Of a DNA stretch of 64,000 nt, positions 1-10,559 are shown piece by piece. Within the stretch, counting starts at the first letter, position 1. Each line of letters opens with the position of its first letter. The DNA lies in the NCBI GenBank assembly GCA_020724525.1, contig DYGU01000006.1:13210-77209 (forward strand), written 5' to 3'. A program made the position numbers and the translations under genes. The notes under the pieces were generated by a model. The model ran no database searches. It had not been told where the DNA came from and saw nothing but the letters and a program-made list of their open reading frames with translations. This stretch comes from Dehalococcoides mccartyi (GTDB taxonomy: Bacteria; Chloroflexota; Dehalococcoidia; GIF9; DYGU01).

Positions 1-71
1 GCATTAAGTACGTGGAAGAGAAACTTCGCCTCAAACCCGGTAAAGCAGGTAGGGCTGGTATGAAGAAATAG
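1..71 (+). CDS. rplF: 50S ribosomal protein L6, 3' end (partial)
   Basis: Frame 3 reads IKYVEEKLRLKPGKAGRAGMKK* (typical L6 C-terminus), directly upstream of L18. Confidence 0.9.
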   Translation, partial: IKYVEEKLRLKPGKAGRAGMKK

Positions 72-80
72 GCAACAGCA

Positions 81-446
81 ATGGCAAAAACAAATCTGAG
101 ATTAGCTCGGCAACGGCGGCATTTTCGAGTCAGGAAAAAAATAGTTGGCACGCCCCTGCGTCCCAGATTATCTATTTTTCGAAGTCTCCAACACATCTAT
201 GCCCAAATTATAGACGATTCAACCGGAAGTTCTCTGGTTTCAGCCAGTAATCTTTCGCCTGAGATAGTGAATAGGACTAACCAGAAAACAAAGGTAGAGA
301 AAGCCGGATTGGTCGGCAGTTTAGTTGCTCAAAAGGCATTGCGAAAGGGGATTAAGCAAGTAGTTTTTGACCGAGGTGGCTATAAATACCACGGCAGAGT
401 AAAAGCTTTGGCTGAGTCAGCACGCCAGGCTGGTTTAGAATTTTGA
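81..446 (+). CDS. rplR: 50S ribosomal protein L18
   Basis: [18 protein letters not shown] and [18 protein letters not shown] motifs; spc operon order. Confidence 0.98.
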   Translation: MAKTNLRLARQRRHFRVRKKIVGTPLRPRLSIFRSLQHIYAQIIDDSTGSSLVSASNLSPEIVNRTNQKTKVEKAGLVGSLVAQKALRKGIKQVVFDRGGYKYHGRVKALAESARQAGLEF

Positions 447-456
447 GGTTATTTTC

Positions 457-999
457 GTGAAAGCGGTAACAAAGCCATTAGTCCAGAAAGATAAAGTTGA
501 TGCTTCTGAGTTGTCCTTTACAGAAAAGTTGGTGTCTATCGACCGGGTTGCCAAAGTGGTCAAGGGGGGCAAGCGGCTCAACTTTAGAGCTTTAGTGGTA
601 GTTGGCAATGGTGAGGGAATCGTCGGTGCTGGTATAGGCAAAGCCAGAGAAGTACCCGAGGCAGTGCGTAAGGCAGGTGTTGAGGCTCGCAAGAATCTGA
701 TTAAAGTATCCCTTGCTGGAACTACTATCCCCCATGAAGTGCTGACTAAATATGGGGCGACTAAAGTTCTGCTTAAGCCGGCAGTCCCAGGTACCGGGGT
801 TATTGCCGCCGGTGGGACTCGAGCCCTTCTTGAAGTTGCCGGGGTAAAAGACATTCTAACTAAATCTTTAAGCAGCTCAAATTCAGTTAACGTAGTGAAG
901 GCAACTTTACTTGGTTTAGCAAGCCTCAGGGATCCCAAAGAAGCTGTAACCAGGCGCAAAGCGGAACCGGAAGTTGTAGAGGTTGGGAGGAATGGGTAA
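457..999 (+). CDS. rpsE: 30S ribosomal protein S5
   Basis: [18 protein letters not shown] and GTGVIAAG motifs. Confidence 0.98.
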   Translation: MKAVTKPLVQKDKVDASELSFTEKLVSIDRVAKVVKGGKRLNFRALVVVGNGEGIVGAGIGKAREVPEAVRKAGVEARKNLIKVSLAGTTIPHEVLTKYGATKVLLKPAVPGTGVIAAGGTRALLEVAGVKDILTKSLSSSNSVNVVKATLLGLASLRDPKEAVTRRKAEPEVVEVGRNG

Positions 1000-1186
1000 A
1001 CTATACATTACCTGGGTCAAAAGTGATATTGGCCATTCCAGAGACCAGCGACAGACTCTGAAGGCTTTGGGCTTCCATCGGCTTGGACAAACGATAGCCA
1101 AAGAAGACTCACCATCCATACGGGGCATGGTGACTAAGGTGAAACATTTGGTTGAAGTTGAGGCAGTTGAAAATGAAGCAAAATGA
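992..1186 (+). CDS. rpmD: 50S ribosomal protein L30
   Basis: ITWVKS.IG...QR.TL.ALG; ATG at 992 preceded by GGAGG. Confidence 0.95.
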   Translation: MGKLYITWVKSDIGHSRDQRQTLKALGFHRLGQTIAKEDSPSIRGMVTKVKHLVEVEAVENEAK

Positions 1187-1616
1187 ACTAAAACCGGCAC
1201 CTGGAGCTAAACATAAAAGGAAACGGGTTGGGCGGGGAAACAGTAGTGGACACGGAACTTATTCTGGACGGGGCTGTAAGGGGCAGAAGTCTCGCTCTGG
1301 CACTAAAGTCCGGCCTGGTTTTGAGGGTGGACAATTACCGATTATAAAACGCTTGCCTCAAAAACGGGGATTTGTGAATCCATTTAAAACTCGCTATGCC
1401 ATTATTAATGTAAGTAAGCTTAATATTTTCGCCGCTAATAGCGAAGTAACTCCTGAGAAATTATTTCAAATGGGTCTGCTCAAATCATTGAAACAGCCGG
1501 TTAAAATCCTGGGTAATGGCAACATTGCTCGTCCTCTCTTGGTTAGTGCTACCGAGTTCTCTAAGGGAGCTGAAGAAAAAATTGTGACTGCTGGCGGAAA
1601 GGTAAAAAGGATTTAA
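1173..1616 (+). CDS. rplO: 50S ribosomal protein L15
   Basis: RVGRG.SSG.G.YSGRG.KGQKSR and GFEGGQ.P motifs; ATG at 1173. Confidence 0.97.
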   Translation: MKQNELKPAPGAKHKRKRVGRGNSSGHGTYSGRGCKGQKSRSGTKVRPGFEGGQLPIIKRLPQKRGFVNPFKTRYAIINVSKLNIFAANSEVTPEKLFQMGLLKSLKQPVKILGNGNIARPLLVSATEFSKGAEEKIVTAGGKVKRI

Positions 1617-1617
1617 A

Positions 1618-2934
1618 ATGCGGCAAAGGGAAGGGAGACCACGACTTCTTCAGGCGATGTTGGATGCCTTTACTCTACCTGATTTAAGGCGCAGATTTCT
1701 TATCACACTGGGTATTTTGGTAATCTTTCGCTTTGTAGCTCATGTGCCGTTACCCGGTGTTGACCTGGCTGCATTGCGAGACCTTTTTGAGCGAAATCAA
1801 CTTTTAGGTATGCTTGACCTGTTTAGCGGTGGTGCTATGAGGAATTTTGGCATTGCGGCTATGGGTGTTTTTCCTTATATAACGGCTTCTATTATCATGC
1901 AACTACTGATACCAGTTATTCCTCGCCTCCGGGCTCTTGCCCAGGAGGGAGAGGCTGGTAGACATAGGATTAACCTGATTACCCATTGGCTAACAGCACC
2001 CTTGGCAGCTCTTCAGGGCTATGCCCAAATCACCTTACTCAGGGGAGAGGGTATTATTGCTGACACCGAATTGTTACCAACCGTAGCTATGGTTCTCACC
2101 CTAACTGCCGGCACTATTTTTTGCGTCTGGCTTGGTGAACTCATCACTGAGCGTGGCATTGGTAATGGGATTTCTCTAATAATTTTTGCTGGTATTGTGG
2201 CTGGACTACCAGAAATGATCGGGCGAGGTTATCTGGCTAAAGAGAACTTTAGCGGTTTATTTGTTTTTATCATTCTGGGATTAGCCCTGGCTGTTGTTAT
2301 TGTTATATTCACTGAAGCTCACCGGCGTATTCCAGTCCAATATTCTCGAAGCGTTATGCGAGGGGGTCGGATGTATCGGCAGTCCGGGTCGACTCACATT
2401 CCATTGCGAGTAAACTCTGCTGGTATGATACCCCTCATTTTTGCTATGTCAGTAATGATTTTCCCCAGCACCATAGCCAGTTATCTGGCTCGCCCTCCCG
2501 GGCAAGACCCAAACTGGGCTAATAGAATTATGGAAATCTTTAGCCCTGAAGCTGCCCTTCCCTTAGGTCTCCTTTACTGGGGGTTATATTTTCTGTTTGT
2601 GATTGCTTTCGCCTTTTTCTATACCATGGTAATTTTCCAGCAGATGAATCTGGCACAAACTTTGCAGCGTCAAGGTGGTTTTATCCCTGGTATCCGTCCT
2701 GGGCGTCTTACGGACAATTACCTTAACCAGGTTATTACCCGGATTACCTGGGGAGGTGCTCTCTTCCTAGCAATGGTGGCAATTATGCCTTTTGTGGCTC
2801 GGGAAATTACTGATGTCGGAGCTTTAACCCTTGACAGCATCGGCTTGCTTATTGCGGTTGGTGTTGCTTTGGATACTATGAAACAAATAGAAGCTCAGCT
2901 CCTGATGCGCCGCTATGAAGGTTTCCTGAGATAG
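1618..2934 (+). CDS. secY: Preprotein translocase subunit SecY
   Basis: About 10 TM segments, PYITASIIMQLL, WLGE.ITE.GIGNGISL, GGFIPGIRPG. Confidence 0.98.
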   Translation: MRQREGRPRLLQAMLDAFTLPDLRRRFLITLGILVIFRFVAHVPLPGVDLAALRDLFERNQLLGMLDLFSGGAMRNFGIAAMGVFPYITASIIMQLLIPVIPRLRALAQEGEAGRHRINLITHWLTAPLAALQGYAQITLLRGEGIIADTELLPTVAMVLTLTAGTIFCVWLGELITERGIGNGISLIIFAGIVAGLPEMIGRGYLAKENFSGLFVFIILGLALAVVIVIFTEAHRRIPVQYSRSVMRGGRMYRQSGSTHIPLRVNSAGMIPLIFAMSVMIFPSTIASYLARPPGQDPNWANRIMEIFSPEAALPLGLLYWGLYFLFVIAFAFFYTMVIFQQMNLAQTLQRQGGFIPGIRPGRLTDNYLNQVITRITWGGALFLAMVAIMPFVAREITDVGALTLDSIGLLIAVGVALDTMKQIEAQLLMRRYEGFLR

Positions 2935-2940
2935 ATTTGA

Positions 2941-3630
2941 ATGTATCTGATTTTACTGGGAGCTCCTGGAGCTGGAAAGGGAACACAAGCCGAGTTCCTG
3001 TCCCGCAAATTAGGAATAGCCCATATAGCCTCAGGTAATCTCTTCCGTCAGGAAGTGGCAAAGGGAACAAGTCTCGGTCTTTTAGCCAAGTCTTATATGG
3101 AAAGAGGGGCATTGGTTCCTGACGAAGTTACTATAAAGATGATTTTGGAGCGGCTTAATTCTAAAAATTGTAGTTTAGGTTGCCTTCTTGATGGATTTCC
3201 TCGAACTTTAGCGCAGGCTCAAGCTTTGGACAAGGCACTGGCTGGTATGAGCAAAGTTGTAGACAAGGTGATATATATTAAGGTATCTGAGGAGGAACTT
3301 CTCCGGCGGATTAGTGGACGCTGGTTGTGCCGTAATTGTGAAACTCCCTATCACTCGATAACCTCTCCGCCAAAAACAACTGGCAAGTGTGATGAGTGTG
3401 GCGGTGAGCTGTATCAGCGTCCTGATGATACCGAAGACACAGTAAAGGGAAGATTAAAAGTATATTTTGCCCAAACATTGCCTCTTCTTGACTATTATCA
3501 GGCGCAAGGCAAATTGATTGAAGTAGATGGCGAGGCCGGGGTTGAAACGGTAACTGAAAATATACTAAAAGCTCTCGCTATGAACAAGCCAAACGATAAG
3601 AGAGTGTTGAGTAATTACTGCGTGTCATGA
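2941..3630 (+). CDS. adk: Adenylate kinase (Zn-lid type)
   Basis: GAPGAGKGTQA P-loop, LDGFPRT, CxxC..CxxC lid. Confidence 0.98.
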   Translation: MYLILLGAPGAGKGTQAEFLSRKLGIAHIASGNLFRQEVAKGTSLGLLAKSYMERGALVPDEVTIKMILERLNSKNCSLGCLLDGFPRTLAQAQALDKALAGMSKVVDKVIYIKVSEEELLRRISGRWLCRNCETPYHSITSPPKTTGKCDECGGELYQRPDDTEDTVKGRLKVYFAQTLPLLDYYQAQGKLIEVDGEAGVETVTENILKALAMNKPNDKRVLSNYCVS

Positions 3631-3656
3631 CAGAATGGGGGTTGGTAAACAGTCTC

Positions 3657-4403
3657 ATGGTAATTATTAAATCCGGGTCAGAGATTGCAGCTATGCGACA
3701 GGCGGGGAAGTTTGTAGCCTCAATTTTAGAGAAGTTAAAGGAGGAGATAAAACCGGGAATAAAAACGGCTCATCTGGAAATGGTTACTGTCCACGAATTA
3801 GAAAAAGGAGGGGTTAAGTCTTCTTTTAAGGGTTACCATGGTTTTCCAGCCCATTTGTGTGTTTCAGTAAATAACGAAGTGGTGCATGGCATTCCTGGTG
3901 ACCGCGTTTTAGAGGAGGGGGATATTGTTTCCTTGGATGTCGGGGGAATCTATAAAGGTTTTCATGCTGATGCGGCAATAACGGTAGGAGTAGGCAAGGT
4001 CAGTCCTCAAGCTGAAAAACTTATTTCTGTAACTAAAGCCGCTTTAGTAGCTGGCATTACTGCGGCTCATCCTGGTGCCCATTTGGGTGATATTTCGGCT
4101 ACTATTCAGTGCTATGTAGAGTCTAAGGGTTTTTCTGTGGTTCGGGAGTATTCGGGTCATGGTATTGGCAGGCAACTCCATGAGGAACCGCAAGTGCCGA
4201 ACTTCGGCTTTTTTGGCGAGGGTCATCTCTTGAAAGAAGGGACAACCTTAGCCCTTGAGCCTATGGTAACTGCCGGTGGCTGGCGCACCAAGCTTGCTGA
4301 TAATCAATGGACAGTTCTTACGGCGGATGACAGTCTGGCAGCCCATTTTGAACATACTATTATTATTGCTCGTAATGAGGCTGAAATTCTGACAATACTT
4401 TAA
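3657..4403 (+). CDS. map: Methionine aminopeptidase type I
   Basis: SVNNEVVHGIP, GHGIG..LHEEP, AHFEHT; start may be 3627 or 3657. Confidence 0.97.
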   Translation: MVIIKSGSEIAAMRQAGKFVASILEKLKEEIKPGIKTAHLEMVTVHELEKGGVKSSFKGYHGFPAHLCVSVNNEVVHGIPGDRVLEEGDIVSLDVGGIYKGFHADAAITVGVGKVSPQAEKLISVTKAALVAGITAAHPGAHLGDISATIQCYVESKGFSVVREYSGHGIGRQLHEEPQVPNFGFFGEGHLLKEGTTLALEPMVTAGGWRTKLADNQWTVLTADDSLAAHFEHTIIIARNEAEILTIL

Positions 4404-4413
4404 ATAAAGGAAT

Positions 4414-4632
4414 ATGCCTAAGAAGGAAACAATAGAGGTTGAAGGGACGGTGATTGAGTCTTTGCCTAATGCGATGTTCCGTGTGGAATTACCCAACGGG
4501 CATAAAGTGTTAGCTCATATTTCAGGGAAAATAAGAGTTCATTATATTAGAATTTTGCCCGGAGACAAAGTGCTGGTAGAACTTTCGCCCTATGACTTAA
4601 CTCGGGGACGGATTACTTATCGATTTAAATAA
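4414..4632 (+). CDS. infA: Translation initiation factor IF-1
   Basis: [34 protein letters not shown]. Confidence 0.98.
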   Translation: MPKKETIEVEGTVIESLPNAMFRVELPNGHKVLAHISGKIRVHYIRILPGDKVLVELSPYDLTRGRITYRFK

Positions 4633-4683
4633 GAGATTGATTACTAATGCTTATCCACCATTCTGAACAAAGCGGAGAAAACC
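4633..4683 (+). repeat. Composite MITE-like element, copy A (left arm only)
   Basis: GAGATTGATTACTAATGCTTATCCACCATTCTGAACAAAGCGGAGAAAACC matches the arm at 20022 and the reverse complement at 26293-26342; begins immediately after the infA TAA. Confidence 0.8.
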
Positions 4684-4686
4684 TTT

Positions 4687-4715
4687 TTGACAGATAAGCC
4701 AGGAGAATCTATTAT
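4687..4715 (+). promoter_or_regulatory. Sigma-70 promoter of the rpmJ/alpha operon
   Basis: TTGACA-17 nt-TATTAT, 42 nt upstream of rpmJ. Confidence 0.7.
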
Positions 4716-4757
4716 CTATGGAGTTTCTAAAAATAAGTAATAGGGAAGTATTGGACA

Positions 4758-4871
4758 ATGAAAGTACGGTCTTCAGTCAAGCGTCGCTGTGAAAAGTGTA
4801 AGATTGTTCGGCGACGCAGAGTAATCAGGGTAATTTGTGAAAACCCAAAACATAAGCAGAGGCAAGGCTGA
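4758..4871 (+). CDS. rpmJ: 50S ribosomal protein L36 (absent from the ORF track)
   Basis: Hand translation: [37 protein letters not shown]. Confidence 0.98.
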   Translation: MKVRSSVKRRCEKCKIVRRRRVIRVICENPKHKQRQG

Positions 4872-4891
4872 TTTTATCAGCGAGGTAAGAG

Positions 4892-5281
4892 ATGGCACGC
4901 ATTGCTGGTGTTGATATACCTAAAGATAAGAAAGTTGAGGTTTCATTACAGTATCTATACGGGGTTGGACCTACCTTAAGCCGGCGGATTTTGTCTGCCG
5001 CTGGTGTTAATCCTTCAACCAAAGTAAAGGACCTCAAGGAAGGTGAAATCGCTCACATCCGTGAAATTATTGATAGACAGTATAAGGTAGAGGGGGAACT
5101 CAGGAGGGAAGTTAATCTTAATATTAAGCGACTTGTCGAAATTGGCTGTTACCGAGGTCTGAAGCATCGGCGGAATTTGCCGGTTCGAGGACAGCGAACG
5201 CGGACTAATGCCCGAACTAAGCGTGGTCCACGAAAGACAGTAGCCGGTAGAGGACAAAAGCGGGGTATGGCTAAGAAATAA
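4892..5281 (+). CDS. rpsM: 30S ribosomal protein S13
   Basis: [24 protein letters not shown]. Confidence 0.98.
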   Translation: MARIAGVDIPKDKKVEVSLQYLYGVGPTLSRRILSAAGVNPSTKVKDLKEGEIAHIREIIDRQYKVEGELRREVNLNIKRLVEIGCYRGLKHRRNLPVRGQRTRTNARTKRGPRKTVAGRGQKRGMAKK

Positions 5282-5293
5282 AGCGAGACTGGA

Positions 5294-5683
5294 ATGCCGA
5301 GAAGGAAAACAGGAGTTAAGAAACGGGAGCGTAAGGGGGTATCTGAAGGGAAAGCTTATATTCAGTCTACTTTCAACAATACTATTGTCACCCTTACTGA
5401 CCCCAAAGGAAATGTGATTGCCTGGGCAAGTGCTGGAACTGCCGGCTTTAAAGGTTCCCGGAAGGGCACTCCTTATGCTGCTCAGTTAGCTGCTCAGGAA
5501 GCTGTGCGCCGAGCTTTAGACCATGGTTTGCGCCGGGTCGAAGTCTATGTTAAAGGTCCTGGAAGTGGGCGCGAGGCAGCTATCCGCTCTCTTCAAGCTT
5601 CAGGGCTTTCGGTTACTGCTATCCGAGACGTAACCCCTATTCCCCATGGTGGCTGCCGCCCACCCAGCCGAAGGCGGGTATAA
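5294..5683 (+). CDS. rpsK: 30S ribosomal protein S11
   Basis: [36 protein letters not shown]. Confidence 0.98.
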   Translation: MPRRKTGVKKRERKGVSEGKAYIQSTFNNTIVTLTDPKGNVIAWASAGTAGFKGSRKGTPYAAQLAAQEAVRRALDHGLRRVEVYVKGPGSGREAAIRSLQASGLSVTAIRDVTPIPHGGCRPPSRRRV

Positions 5684-5693
5684 AGGTGAAAAG

Positions 5694-6320
5694 ATGGGAA
5701 GGTATGTAGAGCCTGTTTGCCGCTTGTGTCGTCGAGTCAGCGAAAAGCTGATGCTTAAAGGGGAGAGGTGTCTTACCCCAAAGTGCGCTCTGGAACGACG
5801 CAAAGGTTCTCCAAGGCAACGCTCTGTCAGGCAGCGGAAGATTTCCGACCGGGGGCTACAGTTGCTGGAAAAACAGAAAGCCCGCTATACCTATGGAGTC
5901 CTGGAGCGACAATTCCGCAGGTTTTTTGCCGAAGCCGAACGTCTTCCCGGCATTACTGGGGAAAATCTCATAGTCCTGTTGGAGAGACGCCTTGATAATG
6001 TTATCTATCGGCTGGGTTTTGTTACCTCCCGGTCTCAGGCAAGACAATTAGTTCGGCATGGACACTTTCTGGTGAATGGGCGCAAAACCAACATCCCCTC
6101 CTTTTTAGTGAAACCCGGGGATATTATAGAATGGCGGCAGGGTAGCCAGCAGACGGAATATTATAAAGAATTAGTCCAGGTTATTGGTGATGTTACTGTT
6201 CCCAGCTGGCTGAGTCTGGATAAGGAAAAACTCGTCGGGTATGTTATCAGCTTTCCCACCCGAGATGATATTCAGGTTAAGTTCAACGAGAAAGCTATTG
6301 TTGAATATTATTCCAGGTAA
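5694..6320 (+). CDS. rpsD: 30S ribosomal protein S4
   Basis: [35 protein letters not shown] at 5694. Confidence 0.98.
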   Translation: MGRYVEPVCRLCRRVSEKLMLKGERCLTPKCALERRKGSPRQRSVRQRKISDRGLQLLEKQKARYTYGVLERQFRRFFAEAERLPGITGENLIVLLERRLDNVIYRLGFVTSRSQARQLVRHGHFLVNGRKTNIPSFLVKPGDIIEWRQGSQQTEYYKELVQVIGDVTVPSWLSLDKEKLVGYVISFPTRDDIQVKFNEKAIVEYYSR

Positions 6321-6356
6321 CGGGTTAACAGTTTTTTGATTAGTGAGAGAAAGTTC

Positions 6357-7355
6357 ATGACTCTTTCAACTCCCGCGAAAGTAGACTGTATTGAGGCAAG
6401 TGATACCTATGGGCGCTTTGCTGTAGAGCCCCTGAAGCGGGGTGGGGGCATAACTTTGGGCAATGCTCTGCGTCGGGTACTTCTCAGTTCCCTCCCCGGT
6501 GCTGCCATAACCTGGGTCAAAATTGAGGGCATTCAGCACGAGTTCTCCACCATGCCCTATGTGAAGGAGGACACTATAGACTTTTTATTGAATGTAAAAC
6601 AGATAAGACTCCGTTCTATAACTAACCGACCCGGTAAATTGATTTTGGAAGTAGAGGGTGAAGGTGAGATCCGTGCTGCCGATATTAAGCCATCAGTAGA
6701 TTTTAAAATTGCTAACCCCGAACTTCATCTGGCAACCCTTGATTCCCCAGAGGCTAAACTCTATGTAGAGTTTAATGTGGAATTGGGCAAAGGCTATATT
6801 CCGGCTGGTTCCAGCAGCGGTTTGCCTATTGGGGCGATCCCAGTAGATGCCATTTTTAGTCCCGTATACCGGGTTAATTACTCTATAGAAGCTGTTCACC
6901 CTGGTCAGGAAGGTAGTCAAGAAAGGTTAATTCTGGAAGTTTGGACTGATGGTACTATCTTTCCCGCCGAGGCTGTTGTTAAAGCCTCTGGCATTCTTGT
7001 TGAGCAGTTATCCTTTTTTCGGGAATTGGTTAAGGCTCCAGTCCTGGAAGCAGCTGTATCCTGGCGTCAACTTTTATCTCCAGAACAATATAATATGCCT
7101 TTAGAAGAATTGAATTTATCAACTCGCACCTATAATAGTTTGAAAAGGTATGGCATTACTACCCTTGGGCAATTCTTAGAAAAGAGCCGTGATGAGCTGT
7201 TGGCTCTGCCCGGTTTTGGGGCAAAGTCTCAAGAAGAGTTAGAAAGGGTTTTGAACAACTTAGGTTTACCTTTGCCTATAGAAATAAGGGAAAAGAAAGG
7301 ACAGGCTGCCTCCACTAACATTTTGATGAGGAGGAAGATAGCAGGTGAGACATAA
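6357..7355 (+). CDS. rpoA: RNA polymerase alpha subunit
   Basis: [26 protein letters not shown], alpha-[14 protein letters not shown]. Confidence 0.98.
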   Translation: MTLSTPAKVDCIEASDTYGRFAVEPLKRGGGITLGNALRRVLLSSLPGAAITWVKIEGIQHEFSTMPYVKEDTIDFLLNVKQIRLRSITNRPGKLILEVEGEGEIRAADIKPSVDFKIANPELHLATLDSPEAKLYVEFNVELGKGYIPAGSSSGLPIGAIPVDAIFSPVYRVNYSIEAVHPGQEGSQERLILEVWTDGTIFPAEAVVKASGILVEQLSFFRELVKAPVLEAAVSWRQLLSPEQYNMPLEELNLSTRTYNSLKRYGITTLGQFLEKSRDELLALPGFGAKSQEELERVLNNLGLPLPIEIREKKGQAASTNILMRRKIAGET

Positions 7356-7698
7356 GATAGCTGGTCGTAAGTTGAGTAGACCTACTGCTCACCGCCGGGC
7401 ATTGTTTCGCAATTTGGTCACGGACCTGTTACGGTATGAGAAGGTTGTCACTACTGAGGCTAAAGCCAAGGAAGTGCACCGTTTAGCTGAAAAGATGATT
7501 ACCCTGGGTAAAGAAGGTAGTCTATCTTCCCGGCGGCAGGCTTTAACCTTCATTACTGATGAAAAGGTGGTCGCTAAAGTCTTTTCTGAGCTTGCTCAAA
7601 GGTATACCGCCCGTTCCGGGGGCTATACCAGACTGACCAAGTTAGGTCCCAGGCTTGGTGATAATGCGTCTATTGTCCAACTGGAACTGGTTGAGTAA
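7345..7698 (+). CDS. rplQ: 50S ribosomal protein L17
   Basis: MRHK...RKLSR..AHR.AL, GGYTRL.KLG.R.GD. Confidence 0.98.
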   Translation: MRHKIAGRKLSRPTAHRRALFRNLVTDLLRYEKVVTTEAKAKEVHRLAEKMITLGKEGSLSSRRQALTFITDEKVVAKVFSELAQRYTARSGGYTRLTKLGPRLGDNASIVQLELVE

Positions 7699-7744
7699 GC
7701 ATTTTGTTCCCCGCGAAATTTCCGATTTCGTTGGGTGACAAGAA

Positions 7745-8533
7745 ATGAAACTGTTTGATGATGCCAGTAAAGTTGTTGTAGTTATAGAATACAATGGTGA
7801 GCGTTACTACGGTTTCCAATGGCAAAAAAGTCTGCCTACTATTCAAGGAGAGCTGGAGGCAGCTATTATGAGATTGACTGGAGAAAGTCGCCGGGTGATA
7901 GCTACCAGCAGGACCGATGCTGGAGTGCATGCTAAAGGCCAGGTAATTAGCTTCTGGACAAAGAGTAACTTACCAGCCCAGACTTTAGTTAAAGCCCTTA
8001 ATTATTATTTGCCTCAGGATATCGTGGCTAAAGAAGCCTATAGAGTAGCTGAAAATTTCAATGTAAGACGGGATGCCATGAGCCGGGAGTATGAATACTA
8101 TATCCTGAATCGCCAAGTAAGGTCGCCCTTTGCCAGCCGGTTAGCTTATTTTGTGTCTAATCCCTTAAACTTGTCAGCTATGAATGAAGCCTGTCGATTT
8201 CTCGAAGGCGAGCACAACTTTGTCTCTTTTGCCACCTTTCTGGGTAAAATAACCAATCCAGTGCGAACAGTTTATGAGGCTAAGTTAAGAAAAAAGGGGA
8301 ACTGGGTTGCTTTTCGCATTATAGCCAACTCCTTCCTGCCCCATCAGGTGCGTAATACCGTGGGACTATTGCTTAAAGTTGGCTTAAACAGGATAGGGGT
8401 TGATGATTTCCGTCAGATACTGGATGCTAAAAGACTGGGCCTGGCAGGACCAACGGCGCCGGCTTATGGATTGTGTCTGACCAAAATCAATTATCCTAAA
8501 CCTTTGGCTGATTTTGGAAATGAAAACTTATAG
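7745..8533 (+). CDS. truA: tRNA pseudouridine(38-40) synthase
   Basis: [26 protein letters not shown]. Confidence 0.97.
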   Translation: MKLFDDASKVVVVIEYNGERYYGFQWQKSLPTIQGELEAAIMRLTGESRRVIATSRTDAGVHAKGQVISFWTKSNLPAQTLVKALNYYLPQDIVAKEAYRVAENFNVRRDAMSREYEYYILNRQVRSPFASRLAYFVSNPLNLSAMNEACRFLEGEHNFVSFATFLGKITNPVRTVYEAKLRKKGNWVAFRIIANSFLPHQVRNTVGLLLKVGLNRIGVDDFRQILDAKRLGLAGPTAPAYGLCLTKINYPKPLADFGNENL

Positions 8534-8981
8534 CACTAAACCCGACGATATTAAGCGCCAGTGGCATCTAATTGATGCTTCTAGCAAGACTCTGGGCAGA
8601 CTATGTTCTCAGATAGCCAAGTTACTTATGGGGAAGCATAAACCCATATATTCCCCCCACCTTGATACCGGAGACTATGTAGTGGTTATTAATGCCGCTA
8701 AAATTAGGGTAACCGGGAAAAAAGCTAAGGAAAAAATTTACTACTCTCATTCCGGCTATCCCGGTGGTTTAAAGAGTGTTACCTTCGAAAACATGCTTCA
8801 GAAGCATCCCACACGGGTGATTGAACATGCTGTTAAAGGGATGCTCCCCCATAATCGTTTAGGTAGAGCTATGTTTAAAAAGCTTAAGATTTATGCTGGA
8901 GATAGCCATCCCCATCAAGCTCAGGTCATTGTGAGCAGGGCGAAGCAATCTCAACAAATATCGGAGCTGAAAGGTAATTAG
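8520..8981 (+). CDS. rplM: 50S ribosomal protein L13 with a repeat-derived C-terminal extension
   Basis: [30 protein letters not shown]. Confidence 0.98.
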   Translation: MKTYSTKPDDIKRQWHLIDASSKTLGRLCSQIAKLLMGKHKPIYSPHLDTGDYVVVINAAKIRVTGKKAKEKIYYSHSGYPGGLKSVTFENMLQKHPTRVIEHAVKGMLPHNRLGRAMFKKLKIYAGDSHPHQAQVIVSRAKQSQQISELKGN

Positions 8982-8983
8982 TT

Positions 8984-9379
8984 ATGGCTAATGGGACTTA
9001 CAATCGGGCAACCGGAAAACGCAAATGTGCTGTAGCCCAGGTAAGACTTCTCTCAGGCAGCGGGATAATCACAGTCAACGGCAAACCTTATGAGGAGGTC
9101 TTCCCTCGCCTGGAACACCGCCGTCTTATTCAACTCCCCCTTTTGGCTACTAATACTGTGGGGAAATTTGATGTTATGGTCAAGGTGAACGGGGGCGGGG
9201 TAAGTGGGCAAGCCGGAGCTATCTGCCATGGAATTGCTCGGTCTCTGGCTCGAATCAGCAAAGGCTTTAAGCCCCTATTGCGTCAGGAAGGACTCCTCAC
9301 CCGAGACCCCCGGGTAAAAGAACGCAAAAAATATGGCCTCAAGCGCGCTCGCAAAGCTCCTCAATACACCAAGCGCTAA
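8984..9379 (+). CDS. rpsI: 30S ribosomal protein S9
   Basis: GGG.SGQAGAI, LTRDPRVKERKKYGLKRARKAPQYTKR. Confidence 0.98.
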   Translation: MANGTYNRATGKRKCAVAQVRLLSGSGIITVNGKPYEEVFPRLEHRRLIQLPLLATNTVGKFDVMVKVNGGGVSGQAGAICHGIARSLARISKGFKPLLRQEGLLTRDPRVKERKKYGLKRARKAPQYTKR

Positions 9380-9491
9380 AGCCAAAGGTGGTTGGTTTTA
9401 GTCTCCATTGAAAGAAACTACGGGGCGGAATTTCTAATCCGCCAAGCTTGGCAAAGGTTGAACGGTCCAATAAAGGCTGGTGGCTACTTCG

Positions 9492-10559
9492 CTACTGTGC
9501 AATAATGGAGCGCAGGCGATGTTTTAGGTAGTTAATGGCTCCAACGGGAGTGGGGTCAATTTCATAAAGAATAGACAGGTAATAGCTGACCCAATCACCT
9601 AAAAAAACTAAGCCCATCATCTGACTGAGTTCACTTTCCCCCTGGCTATCAACAATTTTGTGTTTAATATCAAATTTGGTCAGGATTTCGGCGGTGACTT
9701 CATAGCGACGGAGAATTGGTGGGGGAAAGGACGGGGAGCGAAGGAGGACTACATAGACTTGCTTGGCTACTTCTCCCGGGAAGTGATAGCCGACAATGGC
9801 GTTATGGTTTAGCTCAGGGAAAACCTCATAGAAAGCCCAGGCTTTGCTATTTTCGTTAAACTGGGTCTTCCAGCGATGGGCTACTTCTGAGAGAATACCA
9901 GCCCCATAAATAACTACCAGTTTGCCATATAATTCTGTTGCCAACTGCTTGGCCGGATTTGAAGACACGGGCTCAGTTTCCTTTAGTTTTTTCACAAGGG
10001 CTTTTAAGTCTTTAATCATTGGCTCGATGGAGGGCTCGTCTTTAAGGAAGCCCAGTTTGTGGAGAAAAACCAGAAGCGGGATGAAACTATAGCCTAAAGC
10101 AGCCCGAGGGGGTGAGGAGTAGTCTATAATGAAAACGGGTACATTATGTCTTTCGGCTAATTCTTTTAATTTACCCCCGGTGGTAATGGCTAATTTCTTA
10201 GCTTTGGTTTTCAAAGCCTGGTGGAAAGCCGACAGGGTCTCTTCAGTCATCCCAGAATAACTGGAGGCGATAATCAGGGTTCTATCATCTACGAAGGGTG
10301 GAAGGTCACAATCCCGGTGGACGAAGATAATAGGTGTACTTAAGAAATAGGTCAACCCCCGCATAAGGTCGCCACCTATGGCTGAGCCACCCACCCCAAG
10401 AATGACTATTTTGTCAATATGGACATAATCGGAGGGCAAAGGGAAAGCTTTAGCCTTCTGCCAGGCTTGATGACATTGTTCAGGCAAATGGTGAAGATGA
10501 GCCCGCATATTCGCCGGGTCAAGGCGGTTATATATGTCAGGGTTATCAAGATTAAGCAC
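9492..10559 (-). CDS. Bifunctional phosphoglucose/phosphomannose isomerase (SIS family)
   Basis: GVGGSAIGG, SSYSG.TEET, RWKTQFNENSK, PELNHN. Confidence 0.92.
   Translation of the reverse strand: MLNLDNPDIYNRLDPANMRAHLHHLPEQCHQAWQKAKAFPLPSDYVHIDKIVILGVGGSAIGGDLMRGLTYFLSTPIIFVHRDCDLPPFVDDRTLIIASSYSGMTEETLSAFHQALKTKAKKLAITTGGKLKELAERHNVPVFIIDYSSPPRAALGYSFIPLLVFLHKLGFLKDEPSIEPMIKDLKALVKKLKETEPVSSNPAKQLATELYGKLVVIYGAGILSEVAHRWKTQFNENSKAWAFYEVFPELNHNAIVGYHFPGEVAKQVYVVLLRSPSFPPPILRRYEVTAEILTKFDIKHKIVDSQGESELSQMMGLVFLGDWVSYYLSILYEIDPTPVGAINYLKHRLRSIIAQ

Noticed and set aside
435..959. Long antisense ORFs over rpsE (also over ade, cobT, the activator gene and others)
   Set aside because: Shadow frames of well-supported genes on the opposite strand, with no motifs or RBS.
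4651..4660. TTATCCACC as a DnaA box / origin signal
   Set aside because: Only an 8/9 match, it is part of the repeat arm, and it is not clustered near dnaA.
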